Positions 57,201-64,000 of a stretch of 64,000 bases of DNA are shown in pieces. Both the position numbers and the translations under genes were made by a program. The notes beneath the pieces were generated by a model that worked only from the letters and a program-made list of their open reading frames with translations, did not search any database and was not told where the DNA came from. Source of the DNA: Isurus oxyrinchus. Taxonomy: Eukaryota. The stretch is taken from assembly GCA_026770705.1 (NCBI GenBank), contig JANJGN010000034.1, forward strand, positions 2,914,001 to 2,978,000, read 5' to 3'. The stretch's first letter is position 1. Each line of letters opens with the position of its first letter.

Positions 57201-60200
57201 AAGTCAGTATTTCTCTCGTACCAATGTAATTGGTGTTGCTAAGTTTATGATTCTCTTTTGTGATTGGAGTACATCACCTGCAATATTCATAAGGAATAGA
57301 AGTGTGTTATGATTGCTATTTCCCAATGGAGCAATTACAATGACAATAATAATCAACCATCCTTCATTACACGATACTCTATCTAAGAAGGCTTTATCCT
57401 GAGTCACTTTCACAGCATTTGTCTCCACGAAGTTGTCATGGGATCATTCTACATCTTCTAGACCATTTTTTCCAATTGAACTGTCTCAGTCAAAATGGAG
57501 ATCAAAGCTGTCTGCAAGTATTAGGCTTCCATTGTAACATGTTCCAAAAAAAAATCTGTCCAAAAGTTATTATGACTGTCAGGGTATTTATAAAATGCTC
57601 CGAACAATGCTTTATGGCTCTTTATAATTCCTAATTTCCACACATACTATTTAGGCCTCATGGTCTTTAGAGGTTGGACCCTTTCTCATGAATGTCCATA
57701 TTTCATCCTTTGCTATCGTGACTATCACTCCTCATTTGCTATTTTCTCTGTCTTTCCAAAATTTGATGTACCTGGAATATTTATTTACCATTTCTGATCA
57801 TCTTGTAACCATGTCTCAAAAAAATGGCATTCATAACCGAAACACTACTCCCATGAATGCTGAAAATAAAGTCACTTGTTGCCGCATTTGACTGAGAGCT
57901 GAATATTGGATTAGCAGAATGTTTTATTAACAGGCTCAACATTGACAACTAGGAACGTAACAACTAGCAGAATGTTTTGTTAACAGGCTCGACATTGACA
58001 ACTAGGCACGTAACAATTTCCGTTTATATATTGTTGTGGTGAAGGGAGGGAAGGCAGATTTGGCATCTTTCTTCCCCGCATTAAACTGCAGCAATCGATA
58101 ATTTGTGAAGAGGTTAAGGGAAATGGTTTTGAAGCTTCCCAGCAATTTTCTCCTAGCAGTCATTTTAGTCCATTTGGAGAGGCAATGATAAGCGAATGGT
58201 ACTTCATTGGACTTATAAGAGCTAATCAGGTGGAGTCAATGTTTCCACATTTAAAATACTAATTCTTTTTCTTAATATTATCATAGTCTTAGGCTTTCAA
58301 GTGAATAATCAATCAGTGTGCTTTGGTACTTTTAGTTATTTTAATCAGAGACTTTCAACAAATAAAGCGCAATAATGCTCTGTCCAATCTTCTAACCTCG
58401 ATGTAAAAAAAGAACCCTTTACATAATAAAAACTAACTTTGTATCCGCAATGCCATTGACACTCAGCACGTCAGAGTTAATGCTTAGACAGAAGTTTCAA
58501 TCTTCTTCTGAAAAGTTCTGTTCTGAAGATGTCATATTCGGCTCAAAACGTTACCTCTGTCTCTCTTTTTACAGTTGCAAACAGACCTATTGGGTATTTT
58601 CAACGCCTTCTGTTTTTACTTCAGATTTGCAGCATCCACGGGATTTCACTACAATTAAAATTAAGTTGTGGTTTAACTTGGATATAAGAGTGTGATGGGC
58701 AATTTAGGGGCTTGTAATCCAAATAATGTAAGATCAATTTCTATACAAACGGCAGTTTGCAATATCCATTTGGATTTGTAAATGCCAAAATGCTCAGCTC
58801 ATAAAAGTAACATGTTACGGGTAAAAGGGTAATGGTGGAAAGACTATACACTCACTAAAGAAGGTGCAAGAATTATTTAAAATAATTACATCATAATGAA
58901 AGCGCACAATTGTGACAGAATACTGAATAGGTGAAGATGGGTAAGGGTGACTTGATAAAGGTTTTTCAGATTATAAATGGATTTGCCATCAAAAGGTAGA
59001 AATTATGCTTCCATTGTCGGAGTGGACAGATTATGGCATAGATGCAAAACAGTTATACATTTATCGAATATGTAATTCAGGAAAACATTCTTTCCCCATA
59101 GGATGATTGAAATTTGAAACAGCTACTGCATGTAGTGAACAGAATACCAAGCAGATAAAGGAACAGGAAATGCAGGTATGGTATATGAAGCAGAATATTG
59201 TTGAATAATCGCCTGGGCAATATCCAACAGCACAGGGAATTTGGACGAAATCACATGTTTTCATCTTATGAATTCTGTGTAATATGAAATGATTTATAAA
59301 ATGGCGGAATAGACTACTTCTATCAGTTGCATTAGATGACCGTGGTAGTTCATTATGCTAAAGGGTTGCCGGGATAGGTATAGTTCGAATGTGGAAAAAG
59401 CTGGACAATTATAGAGTAGAGGCTGATGATTGATTTGGAGAATATAACAATGGTGAATCGTTATTAAGCTCTGTAGTCCCTGGAGGAAGTCAGGTAGGAA
59501 TTTAATCTGGAAGCAGCACAAAAGTGAAAGCATCATAAAGACCGTCCTTTATACTCAATGTTTCATATCAAGTTAACGTCATTTCAGTAAAACAAAGCAT
59601 CAAGCAGATTGTGCAACGTGATGTCGTGTGATTCCCTTGATTTAGCGCAGCCAACCAAAGTGCATTTCTACAGCAGGCAAACATGTTTAATCAAGCCATA
59701 TGAAGCCATCATGGGACAATAGAGAACTTGCAAGCAGATTCATAATGTAGTTGCATAATGTGATGAGATAGGATCAAAAGAATAATTCGAGCTGCTATTT
59801 TTTTGTTTTTTGTTGGAAAAGAGGAGTTCAAAGGGATCTCTTAGGCAAACATTACATTTTGGCAAAAGTCGATGAACGCTGATATGTGAGGCTGTTTCAA
59901 TAATGTGGATGACTGGTACAAGGGATACATTAATAACATCACGTAAGCATATAGTGTATAGTCAACAAGCTAAACGAAATTTGATGAGCTCATGAGGAAA
60001 CTGTACAGAAAGAGGCCATAACTCATTTTGTTTCTCATTAAGGTATATATAGAATTAATCCCTATCACGAGGACATGGAAAGTAAGAGCAAGAATATACC
60101 ATTTGGACCTTCAAAGCTATTGTTATTGGGATCATTGTTGATCTTCGGTGTCAACTTCACCTCCCTGCAATTCTATTGATCTCTGTTTTTAGCGTACAAC

Positions 60201-61298
60201 ACCCATAGGCAGTGATTTACAAAGCTTAACAATCATTGAGTTAAACAAAAGTCTCCTCTTCTCAGCCCTAAATGAGTGACCCCTGGTAGTTAACACATTG
60301 TCCAATAATTATAGACTAGACAGCCTGGCTAAACAGCCTGGATAAACAGCGTACCAGCATTTACCTTGGTGTCCACCATAGGACTTTTATAATTTTGAGA
60401 GATGACCTTTGATTCTGTTCACCTCCCAAGAATTTGGCATTAATCTGCTCAATCCTTTCTCATAGCAAAATCCTCTGATCCCCAAATTAGTCCATTGAGC
60501 CATTGCTGCATTCCTTTTAATGTAAACACATCCTTTCTTTTATAAGTGGATTAAAGAAAACTGTACAAAGTACTCTAGCAGTAGTTGCATCAAAAAATAG
60601 CAACGCATGTAATCTATCCAAAGACCTGTGTCCATTTGGTTTCCCAACGTATATACAAGCTACTTTTGAAAACTAATGTTGAGTATTCTTTCATCACCTT
60701 TTGAAGATCCACTTCCCCTAACCATTTGCTGCGTAGAGAAAAGAAATCCTTGCCAGCGTGCCTTTGCTTTTTTGTAATTAGCTTAACTGTGCATTGCCAA
60801 CTGTCCTTTTATGGGCATCTTTCCTCCTAATCTTTAAGTATCAAAACATTTCCTAATCTTGAACGACTCCATGAAATCTCTGTTTAATCCTTTCTGCTCA
60901 AGAAAGAAAAATATTAACTTCCTTATTCAACTTGCACACGGGGATTAAGGAGAAGATGGTCACTGAAGCGATCATTATGATGACATTTGAGAATAGTTTA
61001 GATAGGTGGCTAACAAAATAAAATGGGTTAAGAGTCTCTTGAGGCATAGTGAATACAAGGAATTAGCCACAGTGCAAATAGCAAAAATGAAAGTGAAATA
61101 AATTGATAAGTCAATGTCTTTTCTCCCTATTTTGGCCTTGACATCATTCAAGATAACATTCCGATTGAGCAAAATGCCTGAAAGTAGCTGACCAGCCTAA
61201 TATGTTTCTAAGGCTAGGAATCAAGCCTACAATAAAACGTGAACTCAAACGTTTACACTTACCTCTTTCTCTGAGAGTATTTTTAAGAGTTTCCATCC
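3197..61298 (-). CDS. Partial multi-exon gene (both ends not found): coiled-coil region encoded by 14 alternating 36-nt and 27-nt phase-1 micro-exons, 7 x 21-aa repeats; possibly a butyrophilin/BG-like or other coiled-coil protein
   Basis: join(complement: 61263-61298, 54913-54939, 44106-44141, 42005-42031, 38423-38458, 33969-33995, 32279-32314, 30832-30858, 24341-24376, 18765-18791, 13620-13655, 12833-12859, 12235-12270, 3197-3223). Every exon is bounded by AG and GT and lengths alternate strictly. The 441-nt join is stop-free and translates to self-similar repeats with heptad periodicity. The family assignment is inference only. Confidence 0.88.
3496..4570 (+). mobile_element. SacSINE1/DeuSINE-like SINE split by a Penelope insertion (SINE parts 3496-3530 and 4197-4570)
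   Basis: SINE head (gggggcactaccgactctgaaccaggaga) resumes after the insert; 15-bp direct repeat tctgaaccaggagat at 3516-3530 and 4182-4196. Confidence 0.75.
3531..4181 (+). mobile_element. Young Penelope-like 3' fragment with a nested inverted pseudo-LTR
   Basis: Similar to the 3' UTR of the Penelope element at 27690-28180; about 100-bp inverted arms at 3807-3906 and 4084-4182; 15-bp TSD. Confidence 0.85.
5831..5888. repeat. (GT)n(GA)n compound microsatellite
   Basis: gtatgtgtgtgtgagagagagagaaagagagagaaatagagagagagaga. Confidence 0.9.
6600..7010 (-). mobile_element. SacSINE1/DeuSINE-like SINE
   Basis: Reverse-complemented tail (aaagaaagattgcatttctatagcac...aaaacgctttaca) and core (tccacctgagaaggcagatgggg...cagcactctctcagcaccgca). 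Confidence 0.75.
7250..7640 (+). mobile_element. Decayed CR1 RT fragment
   Basis: Remnant of the SQHGF..GR.CLTN..EFF motif (agtcagcacgggattatggcagggaggccttgtttgacaaatcatttggagtttttg). Confidence 0.6.
8670..9830 (+). mobile_element. Decayed CR1 LINE, RT region to 3' end
   Basis: Remnants of VD..L.FKKA, D(T)LGG and the CR1 C-terminus; ends in ttcctatttcctatgatctt tail. Confidence 0.65.
10205..10825 (-). mobile_element. CR1 (HER1-like) LINE 3' end
   Basis: ORF 10398-10760 LEAFQRTFTRLTSGLSGLSYEERLD...RGDLIDVYKTLNGLDKVDA..LFPLVGESRTRGH is the CR1 ORF2 C-terminus; gaacataagaac tail repeat. Confidence 0.9.
12235..12270 (-). CDS. Micro-exon A7 (36 nt): ELENLKRTLQDE
   Basis: ttttttgttgtttcgttttcatag|AACTAGAAAATCTGAAACGGACCCTGCAAGATGAAG|gtcaat; strong acceptor, weak donor, close match to the repeat consensus. 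Confidence 0.85.
12375..12523. other. Assembly gap (149 N) in the intron between micro-exons B6 and A7
   Basis: Run of n flanked by purine-rich low-complexity sequence. Confidence 0.99.
12833..12859 (-). CDS. Micro-exon B6 (27 nt): DQKLIKKDK
   Basis: attcatgttcccaccag|ACCAAAAGCTCATCAAGAAAGACAAAG|gtgagg; 22/27 nt identical to exon B7. Confidence 0.9.
13620..13655 (-). CDS. Micro-exon A6 (36 nt): AIGKLKDTINEM
   Basis: cttatttatctccgttctag|CCATAGGAAAACTAAAAGACACCATCAATGAAATGG|gtgagc; the other two frames contain stops. Confidence 0.9.
14930..15215 (+). mobile_element. Decayed CR1 3' end
   Basis: ttttttttatgcagcgacttattttgatcttggattcac followed by a CR1-like 3' UTR. Confidence 0.55.
15900..17630 (+). 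mobile_element. Decayed L2-type LINE, RT to 3' end
   Basis: ORF 16287 LLKLTNDML...LVVLLSLPGAFSTVDHD..FQQL matches the L2 RT motif LLDLSAAFDTVDH; ITPVL motif near 17195; tail ctatataatg...gttgttgtt. Confidence 0.8.
18765..18791 (-). CDS. Micro-exon B5 (27 nt): EQKLAKKDT
   Basis: tttactttaattctcttag|AGCAAAAATTGGCGAAAAAGGACACAG|gtaagt. Confidence 0.92.
20020..20295 (-). mobile_element. SacSINE1/DeuSINE-like fragment
   Basis: acagcactccttcagtagtgctctagagtgtcaacctagg...aagctccggagtgcaacttgaatccatgacc resembles the reverse-complemented SINE 5' half. Confidence 0.6.
21230..22760 (+). mobile_element. CR1 LINE 5' part (ORF1 esterase-like, start of endonuclease) with a nested CR1 3' end at about 22205-22470
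   Basis: VVIDSVVSGLDRRFCGQRCDSKILGFLPGA matches the SGNH-esterase motif of CR1 ORF1; YFNAR and YDFIA.TE endonuclease motifs at 22610-22710; nested tail gatggttctatggttct. Confidence 0.75.
23060..24235 (+). mobile_element. Decayed Penelope-like element (GIY-YIG end, 3' UTR, pseudo-LTR)
   Basis: GTFPCKNRRCNTCP and KHRLSD.F...KHEPEIPVACHF; collinear with 26900-28180. Confidence 0.8.
24341..24376 (-). CDS. Micro-exon A5 (36 nt): EVENQQNLVFEC
   Basis: T-rich tract ending tttttctacag|AAGTGGAAAATCAACAAAATCTTGTATTTGAGTGTG|gtgagt. Confidence 0.9.
25150..25700 (-). mobile_element. Decayed CR1 3' end
   Basis: Reverse-complement remnants (tcccacaatactcacgccgaaacctaacc; ttatccaaattccttttt). Confidence 0.5.
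25870..28182 (+). mobile_element. Penelope-like element, 5'-truncated and frameshifted: RT + GIY-YIG endonuclease + 3' pseudo-LTR
   Basis: FYLLPRMHKQDCPGRTIVS, YASIPH, GPSYACLF and FLRCINDCF (decayed YIDD) RT motifs; NLVYCIRCSQCGLLYIGETNCRLSDHFVE GIY-YIG motif; TLQPSGLNIEF C-terminus. Confidence 0.95.
30010..30700 (-). mobile_element. Decayed CR1 3' end
   Basis: cctcgcacctgttccaccattcactgagatggtgactgat and downstream sequence resemble the copy at 10205-10825. Confidence 0.6.
30832..30858 (-). CDS. Micro-exon B4 (27 nt): ETKFSEKIK
   Basis: ttctaacttatgtttccctag|AAACAAAGTTCAGCGAAAAAATCAAAG|gtgagg; branch-point-like ctaac upstream. Confidence 0.88.
32279..32314 (-). CDS. Micro-exon A4 (36 nt): VLEKAKSDIADL
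   Basis: ttattattttcctacag|TACTAGAAAAAGCGAAAAGCGATATTGCTGATCTTG|gtgagt. Confidence 0.9.
33969..33995 (-). CDS. Micro-exon B3 (27 nt): EQNVYHKGK
   Basis: ttttgtaattcatgttgtaattag|AACAAAACGTGTACCACAAAGGAAAAG|gtgagg. Confidence 0.83.
34130..37950 (+). mobile_element. Long decayed CR1 LINE (5' UTR, ORF1, endonuclease, RT; 3'-truncated)
   Basis: ORF1 C..C..W and VVLLGDSLVRGT remnants; endonuclease ESIWVELRN...TLVGAIYGP...ILGNFN (ORF 35985); RT remnants to FANDTK and FNVNKC; two related 5' UTR segments near 34160 and 34500. Confidence 0.88.
38423..38458 (-). CDS. Micro-exon A3 (36 nt): EIEKNRNNLLDC
   Basis: ttttttgccacctcatcactaaag|AAATAGAAAAAAATCGAAATAACCTCCTGGATTGTG|gtgagt; weaker AAG acceptor, strong donor. 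Confidence 0.85.
39011..39188 (-). mobile_element. Penelope pseudo-LTR fragment with a fold-back end
   Basis: aaacaaaaccagaaaatgctggaaaaactcag ... ctgggtttttccagcattttctgtttttgttt inverted arms. Confidence 0.75.
39335..39520 (-). mobile_element. Non-LTR retrotransposon RT C-terminal fragment
   Basis: LRRVTHLLRPQSLSTTYKAHVRSVMEYS; related fragments near 46980-47290 and 48350-48530. Confidence 0.7.
40520..40660 (+). mobile_element. Penelope pseudo-LTR fragment
   Basis: gctgtcagacctgctgagattttccagca...tttccggcatctgcagtattttgcctttatt. Confidence 0.65.
41380..41635. repeat. Degenerate (GATA/GACA)n tetranucleotide microsatellite
   Basis: gatagatagatagacagatagatagataga... Confidence 0.92.
41640..41743 (-). 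mobile_element. Young Penelope pseudo-LTR insertion with a 13-bp TSD
   Basis: Differs from 3807-3904 at only 3 positions; gatagacagctaa at 41627-41639 and 41744-41756. Confidence 0.88.
42005..42031 (-). CDS. Micro-exon B2 (27 nt): DIRLNNKDK
   Basis: ttctgcattgctattag|ACATAAGGTTGAACAACAAGGACAAAG|gtaagg. Confidence 0.88.
42290..43480 (-). mobile_element. Decayed L2-type LINE, RT to 3' end
   Basis: ORF 43033-43281 TETALIKVANDIL...IVFPDLSVAFFTIGHSILLQCL; reverse-complemented tail acaacaaacacattttatttacatag. Confidence 0.85.
43965..44050 (+). mobile_element. Short retroposon 3' tail with poly(A), 55 nt from micro-exon A2
   Basis: agggtaattagggatgagcatttaatgctggcctagccagcaacgccacatcccaagaacgaac followed by A10. 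Confidence 0.6.
44106..44141 (-). CDS. Micro-exon A2 (36 nt): ELQKLQVNLQEC
   Basis: tttttgtgtttgttaccag|AACTTCAAAAACTGCAAGTCAATCTCCAAGAATGTG|gtaagt. Confidence 0.9.
45200..46960 (-). mobile_element. Decayed CR1 LINE, RT to 3' end
   Basis: ORF 46433-46642 PEGWEVVKLLLFLKK...YRLV..VNLT (decayed P.DW..A.V..LFKK..YRPVSLT); other CR1 remnants. Confidence 0.65.
48990..50323 (+). mobile_element. CR1 LINE, RT to 3' end
   Basis: LQTDMNRLSE...EYNVYKCEIVHFGRK; LEAVQ.RFARLIPGM.GL.YEE; 3' UTR aatggtggagcaggctcgtggggcagagtggccttctcccgctcc and atgttc repeats. Confidence 0.88.
50324..50790 (-). mobile_element. Penelope-like element 3' end (second family) with a hammerhead-like motif
   Basis: Decayed remnant resembling a GIY-YIG C-terminus at 50640-50790; minus strand ends tgtcCTGATGAgtgaaaggtGAAAagctTCggca. 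Confidence 0.7.
50336..50369 (-). ncRNA. Putative minimal type-I hammerhead ribozyme of a Penelope pseudo-LTR
   Basis: UGUC-CUGAUGA-gugaaaggu-GAAA-AGCU-UC-GGCA: intact CUGANGA and GAAA cores, UC cleavage site, stem I UGUC/GGCA, palindromic AAGCUU stem III; stem II is weak. Confidence 0.5.
51480..54020 (+). mobile_element. Decayed CR1 LINE interrupted at about 52870-53380 by an unrelated GC-richer insert
   Basis: RT remnants (PLFE.G...N.RP.SLLSVV; FN...K..VMHL) and 3' tail cttccataattctatgatt. Confidence 0.65.
54913..54939 (-). CDS. Micro-exon B1 (27 nt, phase 1-1): EINLADKDK
   Basis: tctcatttttgtttctattag|AAATCAACTTGGCCGACAAAGATAAAG|gtatga. Confidence 0.88.
54985..57890 (-). mobile_element. 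CR1 LINE (endonuclease-RT-3' end), starting about 45 nt from the acceptor of micro-exon B1
   Basis: ORF 55487-55897 RLKRDIDR...WQTKYNVWKCEAIHF; reverse-complemented 3' UTR (gctcagtcattcaataagatcatggctgat). Confidence 0.85.
57912..58016. repeat. 53-bp tandem duplication (2 copies)
   Basis: tagcagaatgttttattaacaggctcaacattgacaactaggaacgtaacaac then tagcagaatgttttgttaacaggctcgacattgacaactaggcacgtaacaa; 3 mismatches. Confidence 0.92.
58465..58650 (+). mobile_element. Decayed Penelope pseudo-LTR
   Basis: gttctgaagatgtcatattcggctcaaaacgttacctctgtctctc...ttctgtttttacttcagatttgcagcatc. Confidence 0.7.
60060..60600 (-). mobile_element. Decayed CR1 3' end
   Basis: Collinear by eye with 10205-10825 and 54985-55600. 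Confidence 0.6.
61263..61298 (-). CDS. Micro-exon A1 (36 nt, phase 1-1): (G)METLKNTLRER
   Basis: attcctttcatttcaccag|GGATGGAAACTCTTAAAAATACTCTCAGAGAAAGAG|gtaagt; the first residue assumes the preceding exon ends in G, as all others do. Confidence 0.87.
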
Positions 61299-61519
61299 CT
61301 GGTGAAATGAAAGGAATACATGTATCACGGAAATTTATTCTTGAGTGCTGGGTTAGTGAGCTGTGCGGTTGGGGGGAAGTGAAATGTTTTTGTGTAGGGT
61401 ATTATAAAAGAAGGAATAGCAGGATGGACATATGGCTAAACATTTCAATGTGTATGAAACCGAGCAGTAGATCTAAAGGTATATAACACTGAGTCGGGGT
61501 GAAAATACAAGGTCCCTGA

Positions 61520-61800
61520 AAATAGGAAATTACATTTATATAACCTCCCGATTGCAGTGAAACATTCCAAATGGCATCACCCGAGTGTTAGCATTCAAAA
61601 TTTGACAGCGAACCATATCACTTGAAATTAGGATGCAACTCCAAAAGAAGTGGCCAAGATATACGTTTTATGTGTTGTTCTAAAGGAGTGGAGAGCGAAA
61701 GCTAGTTGGGGACTGATGAGTAGTGAGTTCCAGAACTCATGGGTGAGGTGGATGACGGGTGAGGTAAGATGAGAACCGGAGGTGCACACCTGCCCGGAGT
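61520..61800 (-). mobile_element. Decayed L2-type 3' end
   Basis: aggaaattacatttatataacctc...aaacattccaaatggcatcac resembles 42290-42560. Confidence 0.55.
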
Positions 61801-62059
61801 TGGATGATGCAGATGTTTCAAAACAGTGCAATCCAAACCTCCTTGGAAAGTGCAGAAAGCCCTAGACTTTAACTGGAAAACTTAAAAAGAAATTTGAGCA
61901 TGGTAAAACGAATTGATGCTGGGATGCAAGTCTTTAATAATAAACAGTTCGTATTCGCAGGCAGGGAGAAAACATACGTTGGAAATGAAGGAAAAACATC
62001 AGCAAGCTTATTTGGATACACAGGACTCAAAGCCTAGAAATTAATCATCAAGGGAGCTT

Positions 62060-64000
62060 TGCAGTGCTAAGTGTAATGCTGCCAATTTGAAAAGCCTAGG
62101 GAGACAGGCAATTGAGATGCCAGCCCAGATTCCAACTTGGGCACACTTTATTATAGCTATTACTGAGACAGGGCTGAAAGAAGGGAAAATGAAGGTTTCA
62201 GGTTGTCAGACGTGATCGAGAGAGAGATGATCTTGGAGTTTGTCGAAATATTCAATGACAAATCATTTTAGCCTCTAGGAGGGATGATGTGGTGGAATAT
62301 TAAATACATCCACATGGTTTGAAGTGAAGGACAAGGAAGGAGTAATCACAACACTGGGCGGGTGAAAAATATATATAATCCAAACTGGCAAATAGCGCTG
62401 TGGTGGCGACATGTTGTGGTGGCGAACACCGTTGGAAATAAACCGAGCCAACAGGCCTAGCTCGGCAGAAGGAGTGTGAAATATTAAATAAAACTAACGC
62501 AGATATAGATGAAGTCAGAATGGGTTAACATCTTTGAAATTGGATAAATTCTTATGTTGGGTCAAAATGTTTCCCACGTTTTTAATGCAAGCAAAAGGGG
62601 AAACAGAAATCATTTACTATTCCTCCCCGCCTACAGCTGCGGAGCCAGAGTTGTGGAGGACATCTACATTTGTACCACTGGTTAAAGACGACAAAAGGGA
62701 TGAACTGAATAATTAAAGGGCAATCAGACTAACCTTGATTTGCGAAAAATAATGGAAAAAGTAAAGAGCAGGATAAATCTTCGTTTATAAATAGGTGTGT
62801 TAAGCAAATGCAATCAAAGGGGATTTGGTAAGGAATGGTCATGGCTGACTAACATAAGCGATTTGTTTGAGGACATAACATGGAGTGTCACTGAGTCATA
62901 TCGCTAAAGGAACCTGGTATTGTTGCAGATCTTGCCAAATTGAACAAGGCGCAAAAGTATGTCCAGTTCTGCCTGGCATATATTTTGTGTCTTCTATATG
63001 GATTTTATCAAGGCTTTGTAAAAGGTTCCACATAGCTATCCTTGCACAAACCTAAGTGCCCATCTGATCCAAGGTAAAGTTCCATTTGGATGTGGACATG
63101 TTTATGATGCTTTAAAGTAAAAGATCGATAGGTGTTCTTGTGACTGGAAGGTTGTTTCCATTGAGAGCCCGCAGACCTCAATACTTGCTTTTTGTCTTTG
63201 TGCATCAATGAAATTGGCGTAAATATATGGAGTATGATTAAGAGGCTCCCAAGCAATACTAATATGAATTATTATTATTATGATAATAATATCAATAATA
63301 ATAGCAAGAACAATAATAATAATTATTCTAATATGACCAAGTGGTTGACAAAGACATCTTTAGGCAGTGACAAGATTCCAATGGTCTTCTCAGGTAAGTG
63401 AAACAGTGGCAAGTGGAGCTCAGTCCAGAAAAGTGTGGGTAATGCGTTTGAGAAAGTCTACCAAGGCAAGAAAATAGTGACGAAATGCTAGAATATTGAT
63501 AGGTGTCGACGAACAGAGCCACTTTGAGGTGCTTCTTCGCAGACCGCTGAGCTGGCTGGGCAGTCAGATACGGTGATCGGGAAGGAATACTGACAGCTTT
63601 AATCTATCAAGCGAAATAAAGGATAGAAGAACTTGAAGCTTATGCTGGAACTATTTAAAACAGTGCTTAGGGCACAGCTGGAGGACTGCCTGAAATTCTG
63701 TTCATTGAACGATAGAGAAAGTGTGATTGCACAAAGAGGGTGCAGAAGAGGCTGATTGAGATATTACCTGGAATGGGAAATTACCCGCGAGGAAAGATTT
63801 CTTAGCCTGATGTGCTGTTTGTAAAGGATGAGGCTGACTGGAGTTCTAATGAATTTGCATGACGTAGGAATGAAGTTTAAAATGGGACTGGGGAGATGTA
63901 GATTTTACATTAGGTTTAGAGATTGACAACTTTGATCAATTGATATAAGTACATATAATTGTTGAGTGATATGTCCAAACCTACGAAATAAGCAAATATG
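62060..64000 (+). mobile_element. Decayed CR1 ORF2 with an internal (AAT/TAT)n microsatellite at about 63258-63332
   Basis: IIAITET.LK endonuclease motif; VPL.K....NY.AI.L and GF.K..SWLTN RT remnants; WQVELSPEKC; LEDCLKF. Confidence 0.75.

Noticed and set aside
1-64000. CRISPR arrays, tRNA/rRNA genes or prokaryotic operons
   Set aside because: None seen. The sequence is vertebrate intronic DNA, and the tRNA-like segments are decayed SINE heads.

Overview
Vertebrate genomic DNA, most likely from a cartilaginous fish (shark). This is inferred from recalled similarity to SacSINE1/DeuSINE, CR1, L2 and Penelope repeat families. Most of the window is intronic and filled with decayed retroelements. 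The ORF-track entries are retroelement remnants or probably noise. The main signal is invisible to the ORF track: a minus-strand gene segment made of 14 micro-exons that alternate strictly between 36 nt and 27 nt over 58 kb (61298 down to 3197). All have AG/GT boundaries, all are phase 1-1 and all end in G. Joined, they give a stop-free 441-nt frame of seven diverged 21-aa repeats, each exactly three heptads of a predicted coiled coil: GMETLKNTLRER-EINLADKDK / ELQKLQVNLQEC-DIRLNNKDK / EIEKNRNNLLDC-EQNVYHKGK / VLEKAKSDIADL-ETKFSEKIK / EVENQQNLVFEC-EQKLAKKDT / AIGKLKDTINEM-DQKLIKKDK / ELENLKRTLQDE-EQKFIRKEK. This recalls the short heptad exons of butyrophilin/MOG/chicken BG tails, but with a two-exon 36+27 module. 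I found no start, stop or globular-domain exon in the window, so the gene cannot be named. Other features are a candidate stop-containing paralogous micro-exon, young Penelope insertions with target-site duplications and hammerhead-ribozyme-like motifs, and a 149-N assembly gap. Repeat boundaries are approximate and were judged by eye.
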